Below are positions 49,575 through 61,112 of a stretch of DNA of 64,000 nucleotides, one piece after another. The translations under genes were made by a program, and so were the position numbers. The first letter of the stretch is position 1. The number at the start of each line of letters is the position of its first letter. Under the pieces are notes generated by a model. The model did no database searches, was not told where the DNA came from, and worked only from the letters and a program-made list of their open reading frames with translations. The DNA lies in the IMG/VR virus record IMGVR_UViG_3300025626_000006, positions 32,001 through 96,000 of that record. The stretch is one strand, 5' to 3'. Origin of the DNA: a virus.

Positions 49575-50423
49575 TCAATTTCCTCGTTTTCTACTTACCG
49601 ACCCATTTGAACGGCTGGGTGGTGATGAGGTTCTTGTTGGAGTCGTGTTTATACTTCGTGTATTAGTGTTTGGACGACTGTTGTTATTATTCCTAATATT
49701 GTTATTAATCTCAGGTCTACTATAACCTCTTGGTTTAGAGTTGTTTATGACACGAGGTTTATTTCTAATAATAATAGTGTTTGTATTATTGTTTGTATTA
49801 GTATTGTTTCTGATAATTCGTGGACGTGAGTTATTTGTATTAACAACAACTCTATCTTTTATTACATTAGTTCTTCTACCAACTACAACATTGTTTGAAC
49901 CTCGTCTACCACTATGATAAGAATAACGTCCACCATAGTAGTTGTTGTTATTCCACCATCCATTATGATAACCATTCCAAGTATTACCCCAGCCATAGTA
50001 ACCATTGTTCCAACCATAGTAATTATTATATCCCCATCTATCATATCCAAATGGTGACCATCTGTGTGGAGTAAAATATGGATAACCCCATACCCAATCA
50101 TTCCACATCATATCTCTATCCCAATAAGACGAACCCCACATATTAAATCCATATGGATTATAGAAGTTGTACCTATTACCTAATATCCGATTATTCCAAT
50201 CGAATGAACGAGGTTGGGTTAACGCATATTGTGCATAGTTGTATCTAAACGTGAAATCTGTTCTGAGTAACCTATCGAACTGACCTTGTGATTTAATCAC
50301 TGTGACCTCTATCTCGTTTCCGTTGGAATCGTAGATGGGGTCGTGGTTTAATGTTGATACTTGGAATGTCGCACAACTTGTCGTGAGCAATACGAATGAT
50401 AATAGTAATAGAATGTTTTTCAT
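49575..50423 (-). CDS. Flavobacteria-type lipoprotein with Y/W/G/N-rich core and R/N/S-rich tail
   Basis: Lipobox MKNILLLLSFVLLTTS-C from ATG 50423; low-complexity YGW repeats. Confidence 0.7.
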   Translation of the reverse strand: MKNILLLLSFVLLTTSCATFQVSTLNHDPIYDSNGNEIEVTVIKSQGQFDRLLRTDFTFRYNYAQYALTQPRSFDWNNRILGNRYNFYNPYGFNMWGSSYWDRDMMWNDWVWGYPYFTPHRWSPFGYDRWGYNNYYGWNNGYYGWGNTWNGYHNGWWNNNNYYGGRYSYHSGRRGSNNVVVGRRTNVIKDRVVVNTNNSRPRIIRNNTNTNNNTNTIIIRNKPRVINNSKPRGYSRPEINNNIRNNNNSRPNTNTRSINTTPTRTSSPPSRSNGSVSRKRGN

Positions 50424-50599
50424 AATATATCTTTCTGTGTTGTATATAAATAGTAAAAAAAGTGACATGAAAATTAATTAGCTAAATACCAGAGTATATA
50501 ACAACACTAATAACAATACCACTATATGTAAAGATAAAGAAGATATCTATACACATACATAGGTATATACATAGATAACCTCAAAATCTATACCGAACC

Positions 50600-50782
50600 C
50601 TAACTCAGTTTAACCTTAATCCCTTTAAGTGTATTCTCATACCCTTTAGGATACCTTCCAAATCTCCAAGTACAATAAGATAGGGCTTCCTTAACCTCAA
50701 GGGCTGTTATCTTACCACTCCTTTTGATAAACTCAATAGACTTTTTCTTTGGTACATAATTTAAACTGATTCCTTTTAACAT
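50600..50782 (-). CDS. Small hypothetical early protein
   Basis: Downstream of the promoter at 50844-50875. Confidence 0.45.
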   Translation of the reverse strand: MLKGISLNYVPKKKSIEFIKRSGKITALEVKEALSYCTWRFGRYPKGYENTLKGIKVKLS

Positions 50783-51121
50783 ATATTAGATTTTAATTGT
50801 GCCTCTCAGTTATAGGGAGAGAGACTTAACCCTTATTACCTTACTAATGTACGACAATTACTTCAGACTGCCAAACATTATACGACTTATTTTAAAAAGT
50901 TATTAACAATTACCCAATTAGCTAATAGAAAAGTAGCTGTATATGGGTAATCCCATCTCAGAGGGGACTTTCTCCCCAGTCAAAAAAACCGGGGTCGATA
51001 TGAAAACGTACCACAGCCCCCCGTAACTAATTGATTGCTAGAGGTTTACATTTAAATGCCCCCACCCCCCCTTTGGGAATCGGAGAACCTCATCACCTCG
51101 CTAGCGCTCGGTTGGGTTATT

Positions 51122-51331
51122 CTAACCCAGCATATTGGGGTTGGTATCCCACTCACGCCCGATGAAGTAATCCAACTTGCGATGAGCTGAATCTACCCCT
51201 CGAAGGTTATTTGCCTCTACGGCTTCATTTAACTTGGTTGTCCAATACTGAATCTTATTCCAGTATCCGTTAGTATACTTAGCCTTGTCGCTGTATACTC
51301 CTGTATTCTTACTATTGAACTCATCTCTCAT
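51122..51331 (-). CDS. Small hypothetical early protein
   Basis: 69-aa ORF inside the control region. Confidence 0.5.
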   Translation of the reverse strand: MRDEFNSKNTGVYSDKAKYTNGYWNKIQYWTTKLNEAVEANNLRGVDSAHRKLDYFIGREWDTNPNMLG

Positions 51332-51374
51332 ATACTATGTATTTAGCTATTATTTATTTATATCACTTTTTATT

Positions 51375-51535
51375 TCACCCAATCGTATCGAGCCGTTACA
51401 CCCCCATTGAGCTTGGATACTCGTTTCATATCATAGGGTAACGTACTCCCTCAACTACTTTGAGCCTGTTTTTGGATTTTGAAAGGGAACTCCTTAGTTA
51501 ATTCCTCGCAGTATTCCCCCCAAAACCTCATCAAC
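51375..51535 (-). ncRNA. Candidate structured RNA or 5' leader
   Basis: Directly after the promoter at 51540-51595. Long G:U-containing hairpin GGTTTTGGGGGGAAT...GTTCCCTTTCAAAATC, plus CGTTAC/GTAACG and CTCAA/TTGAG pairings. Confidence 0.4.
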
Positions 51536-51596
51536 AGTACTAAGATAAGGATAAATTTCCACATATCCAAGCTTTTTATGTTAAATTTATGTTAAA

Positions 51597-51835
51597 TTAT
51601 CAACAATTAGCTGTTAATATCTCTGCTTGGGGACTTTTTTAGGACAGGACCCCCCTACAATATACAAAAAATATTTGAATTGCACAAGTTTTTAGCCATA
51701 AACTTATCAACACCCCATTGTTAATAACTTTTTAGGCGTTACATATGTAAACAATTACGTCAATTTGTCAGGGTTTTAGGCTAAAATAGTTACATTTGTA
51801 ACACAAAATAGTTATCAACAAAGGGCTGTTAATAA
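51597..51835. repeat. Three periodic inverted pairs TTATCAACA-N6-TGTTAATA (DnaA-box-like); candidate origin or control region
   Basis: Copies at 51597, 51704 and 51812 (107-108 bp period). Confidence 0.65.
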
Positions 51836-52310
51836 CTTTCCCAGTAAAAATTTTGCTTTCCGCAAAGACATGGACAAGACCCGCTACTTATTATTGGTAA
51901 ATTATTATCCCTGAAGAATACTACGAAGTGTTTGTGTTAATTGTGGGAAAAGTGAATGATTTTAGCAATATCTCCCCTAGCCCACTCCCTATATGGGTTC
52001 TTTAAATACGATAAACTCTCTTTTAATAAGGAATAAAGAGGGGCTTGTTTGCCAGAAAGTGGGAAATAGTGGTAAAAAGAGGGAAAAAAGAAGGGTTTAA
52101 GGCACGGATTCCCTCAACTTGTTGTAGGGATTCCTTTATTTGTCCATATAGTGGAAGAGTCTATTCATGACTATGTAGAATAGGACAAGGATAAGGATAG
52201 ACTTGATATAAATCATACTCCTATAAGTATATAAAATTTGGTGGTAATTGAGGGTTTTCAGCTATCCGTAGGTGGAATGAGCTAGAATAATTTGTGTAAC
52301 CTATGTAGGG

Positions 52311-52568
52311 TTACCCTACTATAATGGTTCTACCCATGTTATAGGTTTCTATCATATACTGAAAGTCGTGTTCATCTAAGAAGTCCCATACTAACTCTTT
52401 CATTATCTCTGAATCTCCTGTTAGTATTTGTGTGTTTAGATAACCTTTCTTTCCGTTAAGAAGTTTCTTCTCTAATAAGGGTATAACCTTATGATGTCTT
52501 ATACCATGTAAATCTATTGTGTTTCTATTTAAGTTTCTTTTACTCATAATTAATCCTTTGGATTCCAC
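52311..52568 (-). CDS. Stand-alone Smr (small MutS-related) domain protein
   Basis: IDLHGIRH...QILTGDS..MK..V...L. Confidence 0.7.
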   Translation of the reverse strand: MESKGLIMSKRNLNRNTIDLHGIRHHKVIPLLEKKLLNGKKGYLNTQILTGDSEIMKELVWDFLDEHDFQYMIETYNMGRTIIVG

Positions 52569-53303
52569 TCATCATTAAAGTATTTATCCCCACTTTTTGG
52601 AGTATGATACTTCTTTACCTTTGAGTCGAACTGATAAGCTTGAAATGAAATCGTTTCCAATTGGGTACGATAACTCATATACATAGGATGTGTTTGAAGA
52701 ATTTTCTTCAACCCCTCATCGGTGTGTATTGTAATATTATCTTCGTTATCTATTGTGATTGATTTTAATATCATTTTCGTGACCTTGCTTTAGTTTCATT
52801 AACCTTCCATTTCTTACAATACCTCTCTACGAAGTTTCCTATACCCATATCCTTTATATCGCTACCAATGGGAATAATCTTAGAACGAGCCGAATTAACT
52901 TTGTCTATATGATAAGGTATTAGTGTTACCCTCACCTTTGAACATCTCGGTGGTATATAAGCAACTGTGGTCTGATTTGTATTTTCCATATAACTGATTT
53001 TTAACCATCCATAACTGTATTAGAAATAATTTGGGATACTTTCCAAATTTTTCTTGACACACGTTATCGAACGTTTCTCGTGGGTCGATGTATCTTATGA
53101 GTCTTGATTAGATGTTAAGTCTTGAGTAATATCTTCTTCGGTAAGGTCAAATTTAATGTTTTTGAATTCATGTTTATATACGAATGGTCGTTGTGCGTTT
53201 TGTACGAACCACATTCCTGCATCTGATAGAGATTCTACGATTGAACTTGATGATGGGGTATTGACTTCTTTTTTGTTTTTGTTTCCAACTTGTTTAAACT
53301 GCG

Positions 53304-53720
53304 TCACTGTGTTTCCTTTTCTTTCTTTCTTAAAAATAATGAATAACTTCTTCTTACTATATATACTATTTCTGTGCTTATAGGAGTTAATTTATATGAT
53401 TTAATTTCACTCATATCTATAAATTTTACCTTCTGATGTACATTTAACTTAGGTTTACCACTTTTGAATCGTAAAAGGAACGGATATGTATCTATTCCAT
53501 TGATTTCTCTATTTGGTATTTCATAGTAAGCCTCAACGTCAATATCCAACTCTTCTTTCCATTCTCTGATAATAGCATCGTAGGAAGTTTCTCCTTCATC
53601 TATCTTACCACCTGGCAATTCCCAATAACCCCCATATGAGCTATTTTCGTCTAAACGTTGTCCAATAAGGAATTTCTCTTCATCAAATAGAAGTCCAGCT
53701 ACTACCTTCATCGATATCAT
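53304..53720 (-). CDS. Nudix hydrolase (MutT/NudG-like)
   Basis: WELPGGKIDEGETSYDAIIREWKEELDI Nudix box. Confidence 0.88.
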   Translation of the reverse strand: MISMKVVAGLLFDEEKFLIGQRLDENSSYGGYWELPGGKIDEGETSYDAIIREWKEELDIDVEAYYEIPNREINGIDTYPFLLRFKSGKPKLNVHQKVKFIDMSEIKSYKLTPISTEIVYIVRRSYSLFLRKKEKETQ

Positions 53721-53899
53721 CCTGTTCTATACCTAATGCATAATAGTCCATTGGTACATTGTATTTAGTACATAACTTTACCATAGCTTCTGTAGCGTGA
53801 ATCATAGCATCTGTTCTTGTACACCACATAAGTTTAGCCATTATATTTTCTGGAAAGAAATCTGAGGTTGAACTCGGACTCCAATCACTTTTACCTAAT

Positions 53900-54199
53900 T
53901 TAATTCCCATACGTTCCATTTATTAAATGTAGTGTCCATGCAATCATTCCGTTGATTTGTAACAGTACTAAGTTCCATTGTTTACGAGATGCTGTTTGTA
54001 TTAATACACATATAAATCCTGATATGAATAGCCATGGATTTAATGTCCATTGTCCTGCTACTAAGAATCCTGCTCCCATATATCCAATCCTACTAGCTAA
54101 TCTTTCTATTGGTCTGAGTTTTCTTTCTCGAACCATTGATTGTAATACTTTCTTTCTCCAAGATTTTCCTAACATCTTACTCTTCTCTAAAATCTCCAA
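53900..54199 (-). CDS. Small membrane protein
   Basis: Three short hydrophobic helices. Confidence 0.5.
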   Translation of the reverse strand: MEILEKSKMLGKSWRKKVLQSMVRERKLRPIERLASRIGYMGAGFLVAGQWTLNPWLFISGFICVLIQTASRKQWNLVLLQINGMIAWTLHLINGTYGN

Positions 54200-54788
54200 A
54201 GTCCACTCCCTTCACATTTTTATTAGGGAATACAAATCTCCATTTATGTTTACCTGCCCATATAATCTTCTCAAATCCACTTGGAATTAGAGCACCATCT
54301 TGACCTCGTTCTTCGTAATCAAATATAATGGTTATTTGTACATTGACCTCTTCAAATACTTTTGATAGATTTCTTTCAAATCGTTCCAATTCTTTCCATG
54401 GGCCTCTATTTAGTGATTCATGTTGGAGTGCACAATTTAGATAGTTAAATGTTTCTTTAAGAGTTTGTTTATCATAACAATTGAAGTTAGCTGCTGGAGC
54501 CATATGTCCTTTGTCATATATGTTATCTTTATAGTCATTATTATCTGACGTATTCCATCCATCTGGTTTCCAAAAGTTCATACCATCTCTACTGATATCA
54601 CCTTGGTTACATAATACTTTATATGTTACTTGAAGAGGTTGTTGGTAGTCTTCTGAATATAAGACTTGGTATAATTCACCTTCGTATAGTCTATTTTCTT
54701 GTCCATTAAGTGTTGTTGCGAACAACATCATGGTATAGAATCCTAATGCGATTCTTAAAAACCAATCTACGCTATTTATTTTTTTCAT
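54177..54788 (-). CDS. DNA/RNA non-specific endonuclease (NucA-like) with signal peptide
   Basis: YDKGHMAPAA, N.ALQHESLNRGPWKELE, IPSGFEK. Confidence 0.85.
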   Translation of the reverse strand: MKKINSVDWFLRIALGFYTMMLFATTLNGQENRLYEGELYQVLYSEDYQQPLQVTYKVLCNQGDISRDGMNFWKPDGWNTSDNNDYKDNIYDKGHMAPAANFNCYDKQTLKETFNYLNCALQHESLNRGPWKELERFERNLSKVFEEVNVQITIIFDYEERGQDGALIPSGFEKIIWAGKHKWRFVFPNKNVKGVDFGDFREE

Positions 54789-55105
54789 AGGGATAAATTT
54801 TCTTCTTTAACGAATACTCCGTTAATTGTTTTGCCTTTTCTATTTTCTATTTCGTTGTATGCTAATTGTAAACATTCTGTTGGAGAATATCCCAATTGTT
54901 GGCATAATATAATAAGAGTAACAAATGAATCACCGATTCCATCTTTGATTTCATCTTCCTTATTTTTCAAAAGTGCTCCAGCAGTTTCACCTACTTCTTC
55001 CATCACTTTCAACATTTGTTTTGGTGCATTCTCTGGTTTATCAATACCTTTTGATATAGCCCAATTTCTTACTTTAATTTCTAAATCGTTAAATGTATTA
55101 TTCAT
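54785..55105 (-). CDS. MazG-like NTP pyrophosphohydrolase
   Basis: KVMEEVGE, EIKDGIGD, AYNEIENRKG. Confidence 0.82.
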   Translation of the reverse strand: MNNTFNDLEIKVRNWAISKGIDKPENAPKQMLKVMEEVGETAGALLKNKEDEIKDGIGDSFVTLIILCQQLGYSPTECLQLAYNEIENRKGKTINGVFVKEENLSL

Positions 55106-55293
55106 TTTTCTCGTTTTTTCTACTTGGTTTTCTACCTGGTCGTTTCTTTACAACATGCGTACCATTCTCAACGTTAGCTAATATCTCTTTAAGTTTAGCT
55201 ACATTTATTGGATTCCCACCCATTGCAATGGTATGTTTTAAGTTTTCTACAACTTCATTGTATCGTTCTTTTTTAGTCATTATTTTTCATAAT

Positions 55294-55824
55294 TTATTTT
55301 GATATTCCTTTATAGTATAATTCTTCTTCTAAGTCGATTCTCATCTTATCTAAATTCTCTCTATACTCATCATCTTCCCAAACTCTGTCATAGTCAACCT
55401 CATGGTCAACTTCTTGATAGTAGGATTTGTTTTGACTATAAAAGAATGCGCCAAATGGCTGAATACCTTCATCTTCAAAATTACCCCAAACCATTGAATC
55501 TGAAGCTCTAGCACATAACCAATCTTTAAGTCTCAATACGAACGCTTCTGGCATATGCCATGCTGAATGTAACATTACACTAATTTGGTCGTCTTCAAAG
55601 TTTTCTTCGGGTTCTTCACAATACATCCACTTTGCACCAAAACATTCTGATGCTTTTGCACCACTATCCCAATCATCTTTAGTATAATCAAAGAATCGTT
55701 CTCCTAAGACCCCAGTTCCAGTTTCGTAACTACCTGATAATGGAGTTAGCTTCTCATTAAGTTCTTTTAAGGTCTCTTTATCAGTACATTTGATATTTAC
55801 CCAAGTATATACGCTATTAGCCAT
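55294..55824 (-). CDS. YubB/DUF1281 ferredoxin-like protein
   Basis: FGAKW, HSAWHMP, FEDEG. Likely start MANSVY at 55824. Confidence 0.55.
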   Translation of the reverse strand: MANSVYTWVNIKCTDKETLKELNEKLTPLSGSYETGTGVLGERFFDYTKDDWDSGAKASECFGAKWMYCEEPEENFEDDQISVMLHSAWHMPEAFVLRLKDWLCARASDSMVWGNFEDEGIQPFGAFFYSQNKSYYQEVDHEVDYDRVWEDDEYRENLDKMRIDLEEELYYKGISK

Positions 55825-56005
55825 GTTTTTGTATTTTCCAATTAAAGGGTTCTCTATTTCTTTGAAATTGTTCCATTGTGTAATCAATATCATTTGTTTC
55901 GAATGTCTCATAATATGATTCACTCGTTTTACCATATGTGTTAGATAATGGTGATATTTCAACGACTACTTTAGTCTTTGATTTTTCGTTCGAAGTATTC
56001 TGCAT
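55817..56005 (-). CDS. Hypothetical protein
   Basis: 62-aa ORF, MEQFQRNREPFNW. Confidence 0.5.
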   Translation of the reverse strand: MQNTSNEKSKTKVVVEISPLSNTYGKTSESYYETFETNDIDYTMEQFQRNREPFNWKIQKHG

Positions 56006-56459
56006 CTGTTAGTATTTGAGGGTTTTGTTTTATTGTTTGCATAGTTATTTTGTCTTTGAGTAAAGTTGTACTCCAACCATGAGCTCTTGACGTATAAATA
56101 ATCTTTGGTGGTAAGTCATGACCTGTGAATTTATCTTTACCAATATAATCTTCACCTAAGATTCTTACATCTGGTTTAAAAAACTTAATTAATTCATACA
56201 ATTCATCTTCGGTCTGATAAATAAACACCTCATCAACATAACCAATAGCCATCAAAGCTCTATATCTTTCATATAATGGGATAATAGGTTTGTATTTTGA
56301 TTTTCTATGTAATGATGGGTCTTTCTGTAAAAATACTATGAAATGGTCACAGTGTTTTTTAGCATCTTCAAATGTGTAGATGTAACCAGGATGAATTATA
56401 TCAAAGTTTCCTGCCGTAAATCCTACTACTTTTTTATTTATCGTCTCCACGTTTTCCAA
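55971..56459 (-). CDS. TagD-like (glycerol-3-phosphate) cytidylyltransferase
   Basis: FTAGNFDIIHPGY, YVDEV, LGEDY, SRAHGWSTT. Confidence 0.8.
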   Translation of the reverse strand: MENVETINKKVVGFTAGNFDIIHPGYIYTFEDAKKHCDHFIVFLQKDPSLHRKSKYKPIIPLYERYRALMAIGYVDEVFIYQTEDELYELIKFFKPDVRILGEDYIGKDKFTGHDLPPKIIYTSRAHGWSTTLLKDKITMQTIKQNPQILTDAEYFERKIKD

Positions 56460-57077
56460 TTAATTTAGTTTCTTCTTTTTTTAAGTCTTCGGGCAAATCC
56501 TCATTAGCTATTATTTGACCCGTCTCATCTTGTACTCTATTTACACAAAATTGACGTTCTTCTGAACCACCAGTTCCCCATAACCATCCAATTGTACCTT
56601 TGACTTGTTTTATTTCACGTTCAATCTTATTTAAATTTCTCTCTAACAATATTGCGTCATTACTATCCATTTCGTATTTAACACCAAATTTACCTGCTAA
56701 ATCTAACATTTCTGCTAAATCTTGTGATTCATACGCGTCTTTTACCGACTGAAACACACTTTCATCTCCACCTGTTTTATCTGGGTGAGTTTTGGTTGCT
56801 AATTTCTTATACAATGCTTTTACTTTAGTTGGTGCGTTTTTAAGAAGAGCTCTACGTTCTTTTTGTTCTTTATCCTTTTCTGCTCGTTCTCGTTTTGCAT
56901 TTTCAAAGTGTATGTTTGGATTTTCAAATTTTATTGTTTTCTTTTTACTTGACACATAATACTTCGAGAAAAACGAATCAAAATCTGAGGTGTACTCGTT
57001 CATTGATTCATTTATCTCTTCAAGTTCTAATTTTAGATACTCATGTTTTAGTTGAAGTATTTTGAGTTTTCGGTTCA

Positions 57078-57078
<1 letters not shown>
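56434..57078 (-). CDS. J-domain co-chaperone
   Basis: KALYKKLATKTHPDKTGGDESVFQSVKDAY. Confidence 0.8.
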
Positions 57079-58682
<1,604 letters not shown>

Positions 58683-59294
58683 TTATTTACCTTTTTTATT
58701 TATTTGTTTTTCTTTTGCTTTTTTAATTTGTTCTGCTCTCCATTGAGGTTGTTTACCACGAAGGTTTCCACGCAGATTGTGGAAACAATTGTAACACAAA
58801 AATCTTAGATTCTCTTTTAAATGATTTGTCCAATCATCGTCTTTATGGTCAAGAATCAAAGGAATTGTATCATCAGTAACACGTTTTTCGTCATACCCAC
58901 AACAATGACATTTATGTGGGAAATCTAATTCTTCTTTATGTGAATTGTTTATTAATCTTTTTTTAAGTAGAAATACAGGATATGATGGATGTTTACCTGT
59001 TAGTATATCTATTAGAGAATATTTACCTTGAGTTAGATTGTATGGTTTTTTAACACCCTTACCTTTCTGATTCTTATGTAAATCCCAAAGAGTTTTACCA
59101 GTTGTCTCATCTTTATATAACTTAGAATATTTCTGATATGTAGTTAAGGACACGTTTAGGAATCTGGCACCACCTGAGTTTGATTTTGAGTTCTTCATAG
59201 CGTATCTAATCTGAGACTCTGTCAAATTCAAAGGAGTTCTACCTTTTCCTAATACATAACCATTTGGTAATTTATGACCTTTTTTCATATCCAT
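58683..59294 (-). CDS. HNH-endonuclease-like protein with N-terminal DNA-binding region
   Basis: CHCCG...LDHKDDDWTNHLKENLRFLCYNC. Confidence 0.7.
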   Translation of the reverse strand: MDMKKGHKLPNGYVLGKGRTPLNLTESQIRYAMKNSKSNSGGARFLNVSLTTYQKYSKLYKDETTGKTLWDLHKNQKGKGVKKPYNLTQGKYSLIDILTGKHPSYPVFLLKKRLINNSHKEELDFPHKCHCCGYDEKRVTDDTIPLILDHKDDDWTNHLKENLRFLCYNCFHNLRGNLRGKQPQWRAEQIKKAKEKQINKKGK

Positions 59295-59530
59295 TTATAT
59301 ATAAGTATCTACTTATCCGTATTTTTGTACTATACTATCTAAAAATTGAAAATCTTTATAGGATAACGTTACTCTATCGTTCAATACTTTATTACTTATT
59401 GTTAACAATCTTTTTTTATCACGCCAAGCCATAATCCCTTTAATATGTTTAGGGTTCTTGTATACAATGTCAGTACATACTTTTATCATACGTTTATGTC
59501 TACTTAACTCTAAAACTACAAAATTAGACT

Positions 59531-59938
59531 TCATTTCCAAAATATTTGAACTGATAATAATAACACTGCCAATCCTAATGATACTGCTACTTTGGGTGTT
59601 ACTCCTTGATTAAAGAAATAAGATAAGCCTAAAGCGTATACTACCATTCCTACTGCAAATCCTGTAAATCTAGCTGACCACATGACTCCATCAAATCCCA
59701 TAACAGTATACTTAGTACCCCATATATACATAAATGATATAGGTACACCAGCAATTGCTAACCACATTGGATTATCTTTGAACCAATCCCACTTGAATTG
59801 ACCATTTAACTGAAAGAATACAGCTATGTGACCACACAAGAAAAAGAATATACCTAATAATAGATTTCTACTCATTCTCATATGCTTTAGGAGAGGGTAG
59901 ATTTGAATAGTAACACCATTCAGCATAATTAGCATCAT
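59531..59938 (-). CDS. Small multi-pass membrane protein (DMT-like)
   Basis: Four hydrophobic helices. Confidence 0.55.
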   Translation of the reverse strand: MMLIMLNGVTIQIYPLLKHMRMSRNLLLGIFFFLCGHIAVFFQLNGQFKWDWFKDNPMWLAIAGVPISFMYIWGTKYTVMGFDGVMWSARFTGFAVGMVVYALGLSYFFNQGVTPKVAVSLGLAVLLLSVQIFWK

Positions 59939-60007
59939 ACTCTGAATCAGCTAATACATCATTACCCTTCTGCATTTCATCGTCAATTAATCTTTTAGTA
60001 AAACTCA

Positions 60008-60301
60008 TTACGATAATCTGATTAAGATTTCATGTTCTCTATATAGATTGTATTTTTCACCATCTAATTTTAACTGAGTACCAGTATTTGGAACGATAAC
60101 AATATCACCCACATTTAATAACATAGGTATTTTAGTACCATTAGCAGTATAAATACCTTGACCAATGGCGATTACCTCACCCTTCATCTGTTCTTTACTT
60201 GACTCTGGTTTATATAAACCACCCTTAGTTTTTTCTTCCTCTTTAACCACTTTGATTAAAACATGGTCGTTTAGAGGTTCATACATTACGTTTTTTGCCA
60301 T
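60008..60301 (-). CDS. groES: Co-chaperonin GroES
   Basis: PLNDHVLI, EEKTKGGL, GEVIAIG.G, VGDIV. Confidence 0.92.
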   Translation of the reverse strand: MAKNVMYEPLNDHVLIKVVKEEEKTKGGLYKPESSKEQMKGEVIAIGQGIYTANGTKIPMLLNVGDIVIVPNTGTQLKLDGEKYNLYREHEILIRLS

Positions 60302-60336
60302 AACTTTTCTTATATTTGTTTACTAATATACAACTT

Positions 60337-60609
60337 TTATTTGGATTTACCAAATTTATTTTGGGTTTGTATAAAACTATTTTCCCACTTTATTAAATCA
60401 CACTTCCTTACATACCTCTTACTTCCGAGATTAATTAAAGGTAACCCCTTCTCTTCTTCCCATTTGTTTATGGTAATTCTATCAACCCCATATAATATTT
60501 GGAGTTCTTGTTTTGAAATTCTTGGTTCAAAATCAATATGAGTTTCTATTGGTTTTTTCCTTAACTGACCACTAGCAGTCTTTTGTTGAAGTCGTTTTCT
60601 ACTCGCCAT
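60337..60609 (-). CDS. Helix-turn-helix (excisionase/MerR-like) protein
   Basis: SKQEL..LYGVDRITINKW..EKGLP....G..RY. Confidence 0.6.
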   Translation of the reverse strand: MASRKRLQQKTASGQLRKKPIETHIDFEPRISKQELQILYGVDRITINKWEEEKGLPLINLGSKRYVRKCDLIKWENSFIQTQNKFGKSK

Positions 60610-60706
60610 AACTATTTTTGTTTTTCATTTCTCTTTGGTGTTAAAGGTTATATGTCTCTACATACAAATTGATGGATAAACCCATCTTTATATGCTTAAA
60701 CTCTTA

Positions 60707-60877
60707 TTAATGGTGTAAATAAGCACCATTAAATGTTATTTCATTATGATGTGAAATCCTTTTCTCATTTCTTTTCTTTTTACAACCACCACATTTTTTA
60801 AGATATGCTGCGTTTAAAGACCCACATCCGCAAGTCCAAATATTATCTACATACCAATTTGGCGGCTTATTTTTCAT
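60707..60877 (-). CDS. 56-aa RanBP2-like zinc-finger protein (not in the ORF track)
   Basis: WTCGCGSLNAAYLKKCGGC. Confidence 0.45.
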   Translation of the reverse strand: MKNKPPNWYVDNIWTCGCGSLNAAYLKKCGGCKKKRNEKRISHHNEITFNGAYLHH

Positions 60878-61112
60878 TTCTACTTATTATTCCTAAAAGA
60901 TTATTTAAATCTTCAAATTCTTGAAATCTTATGTCCGATTCCATAATCGATACTTCTATTCCATCACGTTCCCAATCATCTGAATCATTGGAAATAAATT
61001 CTACACCACCAACTTCTCGTGAATAATAAAACCAATCTGTTTCACTACCACTATTGGCTGCCGTTTCATCGTACCTGTTAAATCCAAGTTCGATTAAGTC
61101 ATTTTCTGACAT
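60867..61112 (-). CDS. Hypothetical protein
   Basis: MSENDLIELGF N terminus. Confidence 0.5.
   Translation of the reverse strand: MSENDLIELGFNRYDETAANSGSETDWFYYSREVGGVEFISNDSDDWERDGIEVSIMESDIRFQEFEDLNNLLGIISRNEK

Noticed and set aside
58683-59294. Group I intron or intein associated with the HNH ORF
   Set aside because: The flanking genes, including groEL, are uninterrupted and no intron core or intein termini were recognised.
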